A stretch of 64,000 bases of DNA, from positions 64,001 to 128,000 of the forward strand of contig CAWEMM010000009.1 of NCBI GenBank assembly GCA_963810095.1, written 5' to 3'. The notes under the pieces are model-generated. The model saw nothing but the letters and a program-made list of their open reading frames with translations, made no database searches and was not told the DNA's origin. The DNA comes from an uncultured Chloroflexia bacterium (GTDB lineage Bacteria > Chloroflexota > Anaerolineae > CG2-30-64-16). The translations under genes were made by a program, and so were the position numbers. Shown one piece after another: positions 41,838 to 51,574 of this stretch. Positions within the stretch are counted from its first letter, which is position 1. Every line of letters starts with the position of its first letter.

Positions 41838-42867
41838 TCAGTATTGCCCGTACTTGCGCGCCGATTCGACGAGCGCGTGGATGTTTTCGGCAGGTGTTTC
41901 GGAAGGCAGCGCACAGCCCGGCCCGAGAATGAAGCCGCTGCCCGGCGCCATGATCGCAAGCGCCTCCCGACACGCGTCCTCGACCTCCGCCGGCGTCTCC
42001 GACGACCAGGGTCGACGTGTTGATCGGTCCCAGGAAGCAGGTTTGGCCCCTGCCGGCAGCCTTTGCTTTCACCAGGTCGGTCTTGTGGTCGATCTCCAGG
42101 ACCTGCGCGCCGGTCGCAATGAAGTCATTCAGGATGGGAACCGTGTTGCCGCAGATGTGGTTGTGCAGGATGATCCCGTGCGCCTTGAGCTCGGCGGCCA
42201 TCCGCTGCTCTTGGGGCTGTGCGTAGCGGCGGTAGTGCCTGGGCGACATCACGTCGGGCCCGGCGACCGGCTCGCCGATGGAGGTTGACCGGGCGCCGCT
42301 TTCGATCAGCGCATACGCATAGCGGGTCGCCACCTCGCGCGCATAATCGAGCAGGCAGTCGACGAGCTGCGCCTTTTCCCCCAGGGCGATCTCCAGCATC
42401 AGCGGCTCCATGCCGAAGAGCTGGCTGGCAAGGTCCATGGGCCCCTGGTCCGCCCGTCCGCAGATCCACACCTCGTCGCCGATCTCCTTCGCCAGGATGC
42501 GGGTCGCCTTGATGATCTCGCACATGGGGAAGGCCGTGTACGGATCGGGCACGGTGAGCGTGTCGACGTCCTCCAAGCGGGTGAGCACGGGGATATGCGC
42601 CGCGGGCGCGGCGTCGTCGCGATAGATCACCTGGACGCCGCATGCCTGTGCGCTGCACGCGGTGCCGTTTTCCAGCAGGATCATGTCGTGGCCGAACTCG
42701 CGCCACGCCCTAAGCATCGCCTCGGCGAGCAACTCGCCGTCCTGGAACACCTCGGCCATGGAGATGCCCATTGCCGCGGCCGCGGGCTGGAAGTTGTGCA
42801 GGTCGACCGGGACCCGGTCCGGCGTTCGCAGGTCAATGGCTGCTTGCACGCGCTCGATTGAGTTCAT
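41838..42867 (-). CDS. MtaA/CmuA-type corrinoid methyltransferase, URO-D fold (frameshift near 42000)
   Basis: PDRVPV, QGPMDLA, HNHICG and (other frame) FILGPGCAL: the H-x-C..C Zn motif. Confidence 0.8.
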
Positions 42868-42897
42868 AAACCGTCTCCTCGTCGAGCCGTCTGCTCG

Positions 42898-43554
42898 CTA
42901 GGCGGCGCCGACCAATCCCCTGGCCAGACGCACTGCAGAGGACGCGTCCGGGCTGTAGCCGTCGGCCCCAATCTGCCTGGCAAAGCTGTCGGTCACGGGG
43001 GCTCCGCCGATCATCACTTTGACCTGGTCCCGGAGCCCGGCTTCCTGCAATGCCTTGACCGTGGCGGTCATCGAGGGCATGGTGGTGGTGAGCAGGGCAG
43101 ACATGCCGATGACGAGTGGGCGGCCGCCCGCTTGGGGCTTGTGCTCCTGCACGGCTTTTACGAACTTCTCGGGGGTGACGTCCGTGCCCAGATCGACCAC
43201 TTCGAACCCGGCGCCCTCCAGCATCATCGCAACGAGATTCTTGCCGATGTCGTGCAGGTCGCCCTTCACGGTGCCTACCACGACCTTGCCCACCGACACC
43301 GAGCCCCCTTCCGCGAGCGCGGGCTTCAGCAGGGCGAGGCCGGCCTGCATCGCACGGGCGGAAACCAGCATTTCCGGAACAAAGTACTCGTTCTCCTCGA
43401 ACAGCCGCCCAACCTCACCCATTGCGGCGATCAGCCCATCTTTGAGAATGGTCTCCGCAGGGATGCCCGCGGCCATGGCGTCACGCACGCCCGCTTGCGT
43501 CCCCTTGGCGTCCCCTTCAAGCACGGCATGAAAAACGGCCTCAAGTGGTTCCAT
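42898..43554 (-). CDS. Corrinoid (B12-binding) methyl-carrier protein
   Basis: EYFVPEML cap domain; GTVKGDLHDIGKN (DxHxxG), MSALLTTTM, VMIGGAP. Confidence 0.93.
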   Translation of the reverse strand: MEPLEAVFHAVLEGDAKGTQAGVRDAMAAGIPAETILKDGLIAAMGEVGRLFEENEYFVPEMLVSARAMQAGLALLKPALAEGGSVSVGKVVVGTVKGDLHDIGKNLVAMMLEGAGFEVVDLGTDVTPEKFVKAVQEHKPQAGGRPLVIGMSALLTTTMPSMTATVKALQEAGLRDQVKVMIGGAPVTDSFARQIGADGYSPDASSAVRLARGLVGAA

Positions 43555-44634
43555 TGTCTTGCCTCCTATGAGATTTTGGCGTAGTCGATCGTCGCGCACC
43601 GGCGCCTGCTAGGAAGCCGGTTGCACGGTGGGGTGGGGCTGTGGAAGCCCGCACCACCAGGCTGGTGGGAATTTCAACATGGCGGATCGGCTCGGTCCGA
43701 TCGAGCAGGTCGATCAGCATGCGCGTCGCAGTGGCGGCGATGTCGTAGATGGGCTGGCACACGGTTGTCAGCGGGGGCCAGATTTGACCTGCGAGGGCAA
43801 CATCGTCGAACCCCGCCACCGATAGCTCGCCCGGGATGGTCAACCCGGCTTCATGTGCCCGGGCACACACGCCTGCCGCCATTTCGTCGTTGTTGCAGAA
43901 GACGGCGGTCGGCATGGGGTTCATCCGGAAGAACGAGCCGGCGGCTTCGCGGCCGCTTTCGAAGTGATCGTCGCCGTGGCGCACCAAGGTCAGGTCGAAG
44001 GCGACCCCCGCGGCGGCCAACGCGTCACGATAGCCTGCCAGCCGGTCATGCGCAGCCCGCTGCTCGAGTGGCCCGACAACGAAGCCAATGCGTCTGTGGC
44101 CGAGTCCAAGCAAGTGCTCCGTCATCTCACGCGCGCCACAGCCGGTCGGTTGCGGCAACGTACGGGGCAGTGCTCTCGCGCTCGCAAGGCGTCAGACGTA
44201 CAAAGGGGATGCCCATGCCGGCGAGTGCTTCGAACAGTGCCGTCGCGTTGTCGACCGGGGGCGTGCTGATGAAGCCGTCGACCTGGCGTTGGGAAGCGAG
44301 TTGGATGATTTCCAACGCGTCGGCGGCCCGAGCAGCATCGCACGGATGCAGCAGCGTGCTGTAGCCCGCAGCACGCGCAGCCTCCAGCACGCCTCGCTGT
44401 ACGTCTTGAGTATAGAGCCAGCTTGCATTGTGAAAGAGAAGGCCGATTGTGAAGGCGTGTCCCTTGGCGAGCCGTTTCGCATGGAAATTGGTAACGAACC
44501 CTAACTGCTCAATGGCAGCTAGCACTTTTGCGCGCGTCTCTTCGCGCACGTACGGCTCGTCGTTGAGGACAGCGCGAGACCGTCTTAATTGAGAGACCCG
44601 AGGCGAGAGCAACGTCGCGGATGGTGGCGGACAT
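43541..44634 (-). CDS. LacI family repressor (frameshifts near 44571 and 44145)
   Basis: MSATIRDVALASGLSIKTVSR-VLN HTH; GHRRIGF, NDEMAAG, SVAGFDD, PPLTTVCQP. Confidence 0.88.
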
Positions 44635-44767
44635 GGCCTCTTTCACTCTCACGGGGTTGCCGGCAGAGCACCGGACACCGGCGTCTGGCTCAGCGATCCC
44701 CGATGGGGAATCCCTTCTCCATCAGGCATAAGGCCGGCCGGGGCGGTCTGATACCGTTGTCATGCGC

Positions 44768-44796
44768 AGGTTATCACACTCTGACAGCGCTGTCAA
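44768..44796 (-). promoter_or_regulatory. Sigma70 promoter overlapped by a LacI-type operator
   Basis: Minus strand TTGACA (44796-44791), 17 bp spacer, extended -10 TG-A-TAACCT (44773-44768); perfect palindrome TGACAGCGCTGTCA at 44782-44795. Confidence 0.75.
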
Positions 44797-45076
44797 TAGG
44801 GTTGACGCGTAATCCACGCGAGACTCAAAGTGGAAGCTGTGCAAGCGGCAGTGCGGTGTCCGTGTACTCCAGGCGGGGCAGTGACTCGGCCGCGGCGAAG
44901 TTGAGAGCCCGGCTTCGCCTGACCTGAAAAATTGGACGAATGTTCTAATACCCTTTGCCTCGTCGTAGGCTTCGTGTTATGATGCGATGTGTGCGCGGGC
45001 GAAGCCCGGCTCCCCGCGATTCTGAACGCCGCTCCATGCCGGCGCGCTCGGGCAGGCAAAGAAGGAGGGTGACGAT

Positions 45077-45904
45077 GTGAAGAATAGGACGCCAACCATC
45101 ATCATCACCGGCGCATCGCAGGGTCTTGGCGCTGCCATGGCCTCGATTGCAGCCGCGCACGGTGCGCAGGTTGTCCTGGCCGCGCGTTCGGAGGCCGGCC
45201 TGGCCGCGCAGCAGCAGAGGATACAGGAGCGCGGGGGCAGCGCGCTTGCGGTGGTGGCCGATGTCACGAAAGCAGAGGATTGCCGGCGGATCGTCGACCA
45301 GTCGCTGCAGAGGTACGGGGAGATCGACGCGCTCGTCAACAACGCGGCAACGATCGAGCCGCTTGCCGCCGTGGCCGACGTGCGCCTGGAGGATTGGCTC
45401 CGTCAGATGGCGGTGAACGTGTTTGGACCGCTGACGCTAAGCCAGTTCGCCATACCTCACCTGAGGCAGACCCACGGCAGGATCGTCAACGTGACCAGCC
45501 ACGGCGCCGACAACGTGATCCCGGGCGCCTCCGCATACAGCGCCTCGAAGGCCGCACTGAACCGCTTATCAAAGACGCTGGCCGCGGAAGAGCCGGAGAT
45601 TCCCGTGCTCCTCTTCGTTCCCGGCGAGGTCGACACGCCGATGCAGGCCGTCATCCGCGACAAGGGCAAAGGCAAGACGCCCGACGACGTCTACCAGTTC
45701 TTCCTCGATCAGTATGAGCAGGGCCGCTTGCTGCCGGCCGACACGCCGGCGTTGGCCGGGGTCGCGCTGGCGCTGGCCGCGCCCCGGGACTGGAGCGGAG
45801 AGATCCTGCAGTGGGATGACGAGCGGGTGCAAGCCCTCGTACGATCGTTCCAGGCGTCCCTGCCAGGCGCGGCATCCGGCCCCGCGCCCCACGTCGAGGG
45901 CTAG
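45077..45904 (+). CDS. Short-chain dehydrogenase/reductase
   Basis: TGASQGLG, LVNNA, YSASK, PGEVDTPMQ. Confidence 0.9.
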   Translation: MKNRTPTIIITGASQGLGAAMASIAAAHGAQVVLAARSEAGLAAQQQRIQERGGSALAVVADVTKAEDCRRIVDQSLQRYGEIDALVNNAATIEPLAAVADVRLEDWLRQMAVNVFGPLTLSQFAIPHLRQTHGRIVNVTSHGADNVIPGASAYSASKAALNRLSKTLAAEEPEIPVLLFVPGEVDTPMQAVIRDKGKGKTPDDVYQFFLDQYEQGRLLPADTPALAGVALALAAPRDWSGEILQWDDERVQALVRSFQASLPGAASGPAPHVEG

Positions 45905-46025
45905 AAGCGGCCGGGCCGGACGAACTCCGAAGTGTAGACGGCGCGCCGGGTGCACGTTTGAGCGTGCAATAAGGCTACCGGTTTTCCCTTTTGAGCCTCG
46001 CATTCTGTTTGGAGAGGGACCATCC

Positions 46026-46928
46026 ATGAATAGTGCCAGCACGATGCCGCCGACTACAGGCGCCCCGCGTCGAGCGATCCTGGTTTCCGTGGCCGCGGCC
46101 ATCTTGACGATGCTCCTCAAGTTTGGCGCATACCTGCTGACGGGTTCGGTCAGCTTGCTCTCGGACGCCGCCGAGTCCTCGGTCAACCTGATTGCGGCGC
46201 TGGTGGCCTTTGTGGCGCTCTCGATCGCCGCCCGGCCCGCGGACGAGACGTATCGCTACGGGTATGAGAAAGCGGAGTACTTTTCGAGCGGGGTCGAGGG
46301 CGGGCTCATCCTCGTGGCAGCCATTACGATTATCTACACTGCGGTCAAGCGTTTCCTCAATCCGGTGCCGCTCGAGAGTCTCGGCATCGGCCTGGTCATC
46401 TCGCTCGCGGCCTCAGCCATCAACTTCGGCGTCGCACGATTCATGTTCCGCAAGGGTAAGGAGTACGACAGCATCACGCTGGAGGCCGACGGGCACCACC
46501 TGATGACGGACGTCTGGACGTCCGTGGGCGTGGTCGCGGCGCTCGTGGTCATGCTGATCGTCCCGGCCTGGACGTGGCTCGATCCTCTGATCGCGATGAT
46601 CCTCGGCATCAACATCATTCGCACCGGCGTGTCACTGCTCAGGCGGTCGGCAGCCGGACTGATGGACGTTACCCTGCCAGCCGACGAGATGGATCAGATT
46701 GAGGCAGTGCTGCGTGAGAAAGAGGGGCCGGACGTGGTCTATCACAAGCTGCGCACCCGTAAGTCGGCGTCCCGGCGCTACGTCGAGTTTCATCTGCTGG
46801 TGCCCCAGGACATTTCGGTGAGCGCCGCCCACGACCGGTGCAGCGCGATCGAGGCGGAGATTCGGCGGCGCCTGCCGAAGACCCGGGTGATCATCCACGT
46901 CGAGCCGAAGGAGACCGGCGGGATCTAG
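46026..46928 (+). CDS. Cation diffusion facilitator (FieF-like) transporter
   Basis: SLLSDAAES, YGYEKAEY, ADGHHLMTDVWTS, IHVEP. Confidence 0.92.
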   Translation: MNSASTMPPTTGAPRRAILVSVAAAILTMLLKFGAYLLTGSVSLLSDAAESSVNLIAALVAFVALSIAARPADETYRYGYEKAEYFSSGVEGGLILVAAITIIYTAVKRFLNPVPLESLGIGLVISLAASAINFGVARFMFRKGKEYDSITLEADGHHLMTDVWTSVGVVAALVVMLIVPAWTWLDPLIAMILGINIIRTGVSLLRRSAAGLMDVTLPADEMDQIEAVLREKEGPDVVYHKLRTRKSASRRYVEFHLLVPQDISVSAAHDRCSAIEAEIRRRLPKTRVIIHVEPKETGGI

Positions 46929-46930
46929 CA

Positions 46931-47037
46931 GTCTATCCGAAAATGCTCTGGCCGGTCTCGTACGCCAGCTTGGCGTACGCGCCCGGCCAGACGGGGCACG
47001 GTCAGAGACCGGCCCCAGCTAATTCTCGGATAGATAC
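46931..47037. repeat. Structured REP/MITE-like element
   Basis: Outer inverted repeat TCTATCCGA (46932-40)/TCGGATAGA (47026-34) enclosing two hairpins; partial second copy at 6541. Confidence 0.75.
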
Positions 47038-47214
47038 CGACTGCAACCACAGTGAACCTGCTGAAGCGTCCTGAGCGGAGGCGCCAGCGCAGCTGGCGTG
47101 CCGCAGTCGAAGGATGCGGCAGCCGACAGAATAGGTGCGCTTGAACCTTAACTAAACCACGGCCGGCAATTTCACCTCACCGTTGGTTCAGCCTTCTTCT
47201 GTCGGGGAGCCGGG

Positions 47215-47730
47215 TCAGCAGTCGAAAACGCCCCAGCACACCGCATTGCGCACCCTCTGGTCGTCAAGCACCAGTTCCCGGATTTCTGCGGGGAGCTGCG
47301 CTCGCTGCCACCGGCACTCGATTCGACCGGCCTCGTCGCGCTCGGCTTTGGGAGCCGCCGCACGGGCCGCCCTGATCGCATAGGCCGCCGCACCCAACCC
47401 GTGCGCGGCGACGTGAGCGACGGCAGCAGCCTGGGCCGCCGCGTAGGCAGCTTCCCTGGCCGGGCCCGAGAGGTCTCTGGCCGCAGCGTTCGCATGGCCG
47501 GCCGAATTGCGTGCTCGAGTCATCGTGACCTCACCTCGAACCCAAGCGCGAGCCAGGTCGATCGCTTGGCGCGGACGATCGTCATCGGGTCGCTCTTGCT
47601 CGAAGAAGGGCAGCACGTGCTCTGCGCAATCGGCCGCCCACAGCGCAAGCAGGTGATGATCGGCGTCCAGCAGTGTGCCGCCCCGACGGACGGTGATAAG
47701 CCTGGGATCGCGCTTCTCCGAGAAAATCAT
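47215..47730 (-). CDS. Imm5-like (putative immunity) domain protein
   Basis: RDPRLITVRRGG, LALWAADCAEHVL, DDRPRQAI, AHVAAH, ECRWQ. Confidence 0.75.
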   Translation of the reverse strand: MIFSEKRDPRLITVRRGGTLLDADHHLLALWAADCAEHVLPFFEQERPDDDRPRQAIDLARAWVRGEVTMTRARNSAGHANAAARDLSGPAREAAYAAAQAAAVAHVAAHGLGAAAYAIRAARAAAPKAERDEAGRIECRWQRAQLPAEIRELVLDDQRVRNAVCWGVFDC

Positions 47731-47751
47731 CGGCTCACCGAACGCGGCCGG

Positions 47752-48177
47752 TTACTCATCGAGCCACTTGGCGATCTCCCAGATAGTTCCGGCCGGGTCA
47801 ATGAAGCTGGCCGTCCGGATGCCCCAGGGCCGGTCCATCGGACCGTTGAGCAGTTCGACGCCCCGGGTTCGGAGTTCTGTGCACATCGCATCGACATCAT
47901 CCACGGTGAGCGTGAAGACAAACCGCGCGCCGGCGTCGCGCACCGCCACTCGCGCCGGCTCGATGAGCTCGTTCGCCTGTGTGATTCTCAGCAGGTTGAT
48001 CAACGTGTTCCCGAACTTGAACACGGCCGAATCACCCTCTTCGAAGTGGACGGGCAGTCCGAATACCTTCTGGTAGAATTGCTTCGTGGTTTCCAGGTCC
48101 TCCACGAACAGGGTTACAGCCGCAATGCCGGCCGGCCAGGTGCCGGCCCCCCCAGCGGGCAGGTTCGTCTGAGTCAT
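47752..48177 (-). CDS. VOC/glyoxalase family protein
   Basis: VTLFVEDL..FY..VFG, VDDVDA, DRPWGIRTASFIDPAG..WE. Confidence 0.88.
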   Translation of the reverse strand: MTQTNLPAGGAGTWPAGIAAVTLFVEDLETTKQFYQKVFGLPVHFEEGDSAVFKFGNTLINLLRITQANELIEPARVAVRDAGARFVFTLTVDDVDAMCTELRTRGVELLNGPMDRPWGIRTASFIDPAGTIWEIAKWLDE

Positions 48178-48461
48178 GGTCACGTTCTCCTTGTCCATCC
48201 CTCGCCGGGAGTTCATGCGCGTATAAGCCGGGTTTTGCCCCGCTGCGAAGTCGGAAACGGGAGTGTCTGCAGCATTGCAAGCACGTCTGGCGAACCGCGT
48301 TGCCATGACCGCTGCGCCGCCACTCGCGACCTCGTCCACGATGCGGCCTGCTTGGGGCCGGGACGCATCGTGGACAAGGACGGTGATTCTTTCAGTAGAA
48401 AGGGCTTTCGAGAATAAGGGCAACGTGGCTGCCACGAAAATCCGAGCCCGCCGCGCAGCCC

Positions 48462-48797
48462 CTAATCGTCCGCTATCTGAACCCGGGCCGCCGCCTTTGG
48501 CGTCCGAGGTTTTGCCGCGGGCCGGCGGGTGGTGGGCCGCGCGGTCGGATCGAGTTCCGGCCGTTCCGCGGGCAACTGCATGTTGTTCCAGATGCGCGCC
48601 AAGATCACGATGTCGGCGGTGAGGTACTCGCCGTCGTCGTAGCGAATCGTCATCTTGGGCGGGGCAACTTGCATGACTTCGTAGTTCCCTTTCCGGTTCG
48701 CATAGCTCTCACCTACGTGGAAAGGATGCGTTCCAGGCGCTTCGTATGCCTGGCGCGAGCGTTCGGTCAGCGATTGGCTGTTCTGATGCGTATTCAT
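48462..48797 (-). CDS. Hypothetical protein
   Basis: GAGGAG RBS; globular core FHVGESYANRKGNYEV..MTIRYDDG, then a basic tail. Confidence 0.6.
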   Translation of the reverse strand: MNTHQNSQSLTERSRQAYEAPGTHPFHVGESYANRKGNYEVMQVAPPKMTIRYDDGEYLTADIVILARIWNNMQLPAERPELDPTARPTTRRPAAKPRTPKAAARVQIADD

Positions 48798-48839
48798 CCG
48801 CTGTGTCTCCTCTGCGCTTGTCGACCCACCCTGGGTGGC

Positions 48840-49055
48840 CTAGATCGGGGTGACGTTAGCGGCGCTCGGCCCCTTGGCTCCCTCCTCGATGTCAAACTCG
48901 ACGCGCTGGCCTTCTTCGAGGGTCCGGAACCCTGAGGTCTGAATGGCCGACTGGTGCACGAACACGTCAGCGCCGCCGTCGGCCCGAGCGATGAACCCGT
49001 ACCCCTTGTCGGCACTAAACCACTTGACCGTACCCATGTGACGTTCCGATTCCAT
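48840..49055 (-). CDS. Cold-shock protein (Csp family)
   Basis: [42 protein letters not shown]. Confidence 0.95.
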   Translation of the reverse strand: MESERHMGTVKWFSADKGYGFIARADGGADVFVHQSAIQTSGFRTLEEGQRVEFDIEEGAKGPSAANVTPI

Positions 49056-49130
49056 GTTGCGACTTCCTTTCATCCGTTAAGACAAAGCGCGGGCGCATGC
49101 GGCCCGCGTCCCCATCCCTCTGCCAACCGG

Positions 49131-49166
49131 CAACAAAACAGCCCAGGCTATGCTTGCCCGGGCTGT
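49131..49166 (-). terminator. Rho-independent terminator after the E2 gene
   Basis: Minus strand ACAGCCCGGGC-loop-GCCTGGGCTGT followed by TTTGTTG. Confidence 0.65.
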
Positions 49167-49263
49167 CGATGGTCTTTGTGTCAGGACGGCATCTTGCGAT
49201 AAGTTTACGCCGGGAAAGGCGTTAAGGTCGGTAGTCCAAGCGACAGAGCGGGTCCGCCATTCC

Positions 49264-50586
49264 CTAAAACAGCAGCAAATCGGGCGCTTCGAGGGCCTGG
49301 ACGAGCTCTGACAGGAACCTGGCGGCCACAATCCCGTCGATCACACGATGATCGGCAGAGAGCGTGAGCGACAGCATCGGGCGCACCTCGACACGGTCCT
49401 GCGCGTCCACCACAACCGGGCGGCGCACGATACTGCCCACGGCAAGGATCGCGCTTTCGGGCGGGTTGATCACCGCCCGAAACTGCGGGATGCCCAGCAT
49501 GCCCAGGTTCGAGATGGTGAAGGTGCCGCCCTGCACGTCGTCCAGTTTCAGCGCGTTGCGCCGTGCCCGGTCCGCCATCGCGCCGAGCCGCACGTTAATC
49601 TCGTTGATACCGAGCTGGTCCGCGTCTTTGAGCACCGGCACGACCAAACCCTGCGGTGCGGCTGCTGCAACGCCGATATTGATGTTCTTCCACAGTGAGA
49701 TCGAGTCGCCGGAGAATGACGAATTGAGATAGGGGTGGCGACGCAGCGCCCACCCGACGATCTTGATGATCACCGCCGTCATCGTAATCTTCGGCTGCTG
49801 CAGTTTCTCCGCATGCACGTTCAGACGCTTTCGGGCAGCTTCGGCTTCAGTCATATCTACTTCGACCGTCAGCGCGATGTGCGGCGACTCCTGGAAGCTC
49901 TGCTGCATCCGCTGCGCAATCGTCCGCCGAATGCCGCTGAGGGGGATGACCTCTGCTTCCCGGCCCTTCGTGGGAGGCGGGGCGACAGGCGCGGGCGCCC
50001 GTTCCGGTTCCACCGGCAGCTCCGGCACGGCCAGGGCCTGCGCTGCCGTCTCTACATCGGCGGCCACGACCCGCCCGCGCGGGCCCGACCCGGCCACGGC
50101 TTCCAGGTTGACGCCGCTTTCGCGCGCCACCCGGCGGGCTGATGGCGTTGCGGGAACCGTCACGCGCCCCTCCCCGCCATGCTCGGCGAGATACTTCTCG
50201 ACATCCTCGCGTGTGATCTTGTTGCCCGCTGCCGAGACCTTTGAAAGGTCGACGCCCTCTTCTTTCGCGATCCGGGCGGCGATAGGTGTGGCTGCCGGCA
50301 GGACTAGGGCGGTGACGGCGGATGGCTGCACGGGCGCGGGTGTCTCGCCCTCCTTCATGATCTGGGCGATCACGGTCGTCACCGGGACCACATCGCCGTC
50401 CTTGTAGCGGATGCCGGTGAGGATGCCGGTCGCAGGGGCGGGCACATCGATGGCGACCTTGTCAGTCTCGACGACCAACACGGTTTCCTCGAACTTGACG
50501 AAATCGCCTTCTTTTTTGGACCACGACACGATCGTCGCCTGTTCCTGGTCCATGTCGAACTTGGGCATGATGAACGGGACTGGCAT
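49264..50586 (-). CDS. Dihydrolipoamide acyltransferase (E2)
   Basis: Lipoyl VETDKV, two E3-binding repeats (ATP.A.R), GGTFTISNLG, DHRVIDG. Confidence 0.93.
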   Translation of the reverse strand: MPVPFIMPKFDMDQEQATIVSWSKKEGDFVKFEETVLVVETDKVAIDVPAPATGILTGIRYKDGDVVPVTTVIAQIMKEGETPAPVQPSAVTALVLPAATPIAARIAKEEGVDLSKVSAAGNKITREDVEKYLAEHGGEGRVTVPATPSARRVARESGVNLEAVAGSGPRGRVVAADVETAAQALAVPELPVEPERAPAPVAPPPTKGREAEVIPLSGIRRTIAQRMQQSFQESPHIALTVEVDMTEAEAARKRLNVHAEKLQQPKITMTAVIIKIVGWALRRHPYLNSSFSGDSISLWKNINIGVAAAAPQGLVVPVLKDADQLGINEINVRLGAMADRARRNALKLDDVQGGTFTISNLGMLGIPQFRAVINPPESAILAVGSIVRRPVVVDAQDRVEVRPMLSLTLSADHRVIDGIVAARFLSELVQALEAPDLLLF

Positions 50587-50587
50587 G

Positions 50588-51574
50588 CTAGACCGTGCCT
50601 CCTACGAGGGCGCGGATCTCCCGTTCGATATCTTCTTCCTGCGGAATGGCGATGCGCTCGAGGCCGCGGTTGTAGGGGATGGGGATATCCTTGCCACCCA
50701 GGCGCCGCACCGGCGCATCGACATAATCAAAAACGGGGCTTCCGACGACGGAAGCAATGACTTCGCCGGCCCAGCCGCCGGTCTGGCAGGCCTCGTGGAC
50801 CACCAGCAAGCGGCCCGTGCGCCGCACCGAGTCGAGGATGGTCGTGGTGTCGAGCGGCAGCATGGTGCGGGGATCGACCACCTCCACCTCGATGCCTTCT
50901 TTGGCCAGCCGAGCGGCGACGTTGAGCGTCTTCATCACCATCACGTTGTTTGCCACCACGGTGATGTCGCGGCCCGGGCGCTTGATTTCGGCAACGCCGA
51001 TAGGGACGGTGTAATCCTCTTCGGGCACCTCGCCCTTGGTCTTGTAAAGCGCCTTGTGTTCCACGAAGCAGACCGGGTTCGGGTTACGGATGGCCGAGAG
51101 CAGCAGCCCCTTGGCGTCGTAGGGGGTCGATGGCGCGATGACGATCAGGCCCGGCACGTGCATCAGGATGCTCTCCAGCGATTGCGAGTGCTGGGAGGCG
51201 GCGCCGCTGCCCGAGCCGGACGGCATGCGGACAACCATAGGCACGGTGGCCCGGCCGCCGAACATGAAGTGCATCTTCGCGGCCTGGTTTGCGATTTGAT
51301 CCAATGCCAGGAAGACGAAGTCCATGAACATGATCTCGGCCACGGGCCGCATGCCGACGACTGCTGCGCCGACCGCCGTCGCGACGATCGTCGCCTCGGA
51401 GATCGGCGTCTCGCGGACGCGCTCGGGACCGAACTCGTCAAGCATGCCGTGCGTCACGCCGAACGCGCCGCCGTAGCGGCCGATGTCCTCGCCCAGCAGG
51501 AAGACGCGTTCGTCGCGCTTCATCTCCTGCCACAATGCCTGCCGGATGGCTTCGAGGTAGGTGATCTCAGGCAT
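50588..51574 (-). CDS. Acetoin/pyruvate dehydrogenase-type E1 beta subunit
   Basis: [34 protein letters not shown]. Confidence 0.93.
   Translation of the reverse strand: MPEITYLEAIRQALWQEMKRDERVFLLGEDIGRYGGAFGVTHGMLDEFGPERVRETPISEATIVATAVGAAVVGMRPVAEIMFMDFVFLALDQIANQAAKMHFMFGGRATVPMVVRMPSGSGSGAASQHSQSLESILMHVPGLIVIAPSTPYDAKGLLLSAIRNPNPVCFVEHKALYKTKGEVPEEDYTVPIGVAEIKRPGRDITVVANNVMVMKTLNVAARLAKEGIEVEVVDPRTMLPLDTTTILDSVRRTGRLLVVHEACQTGGWAGEVIASVVGSPVFDYVDAPVRRLGGKDIPIPYNRGLERIAIPQEEDIEREIRALVGGTV

Noticed and set aside
44640-44760. Cobalamin riboswitch upstream of the corrinoid locus
   Set aside because: Hairpins are present but I could not identify the conserved B12-box elements; an Rfam scan would settle it
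6541-47037. A 40-kb composite transposon bounded by the inverted repeats
   Set aside because: No transposase or integrase, no target-site duplication (flanks ..GAAGTAA / CGACTG..), and the left copy is a fragment of a larger palindromic element
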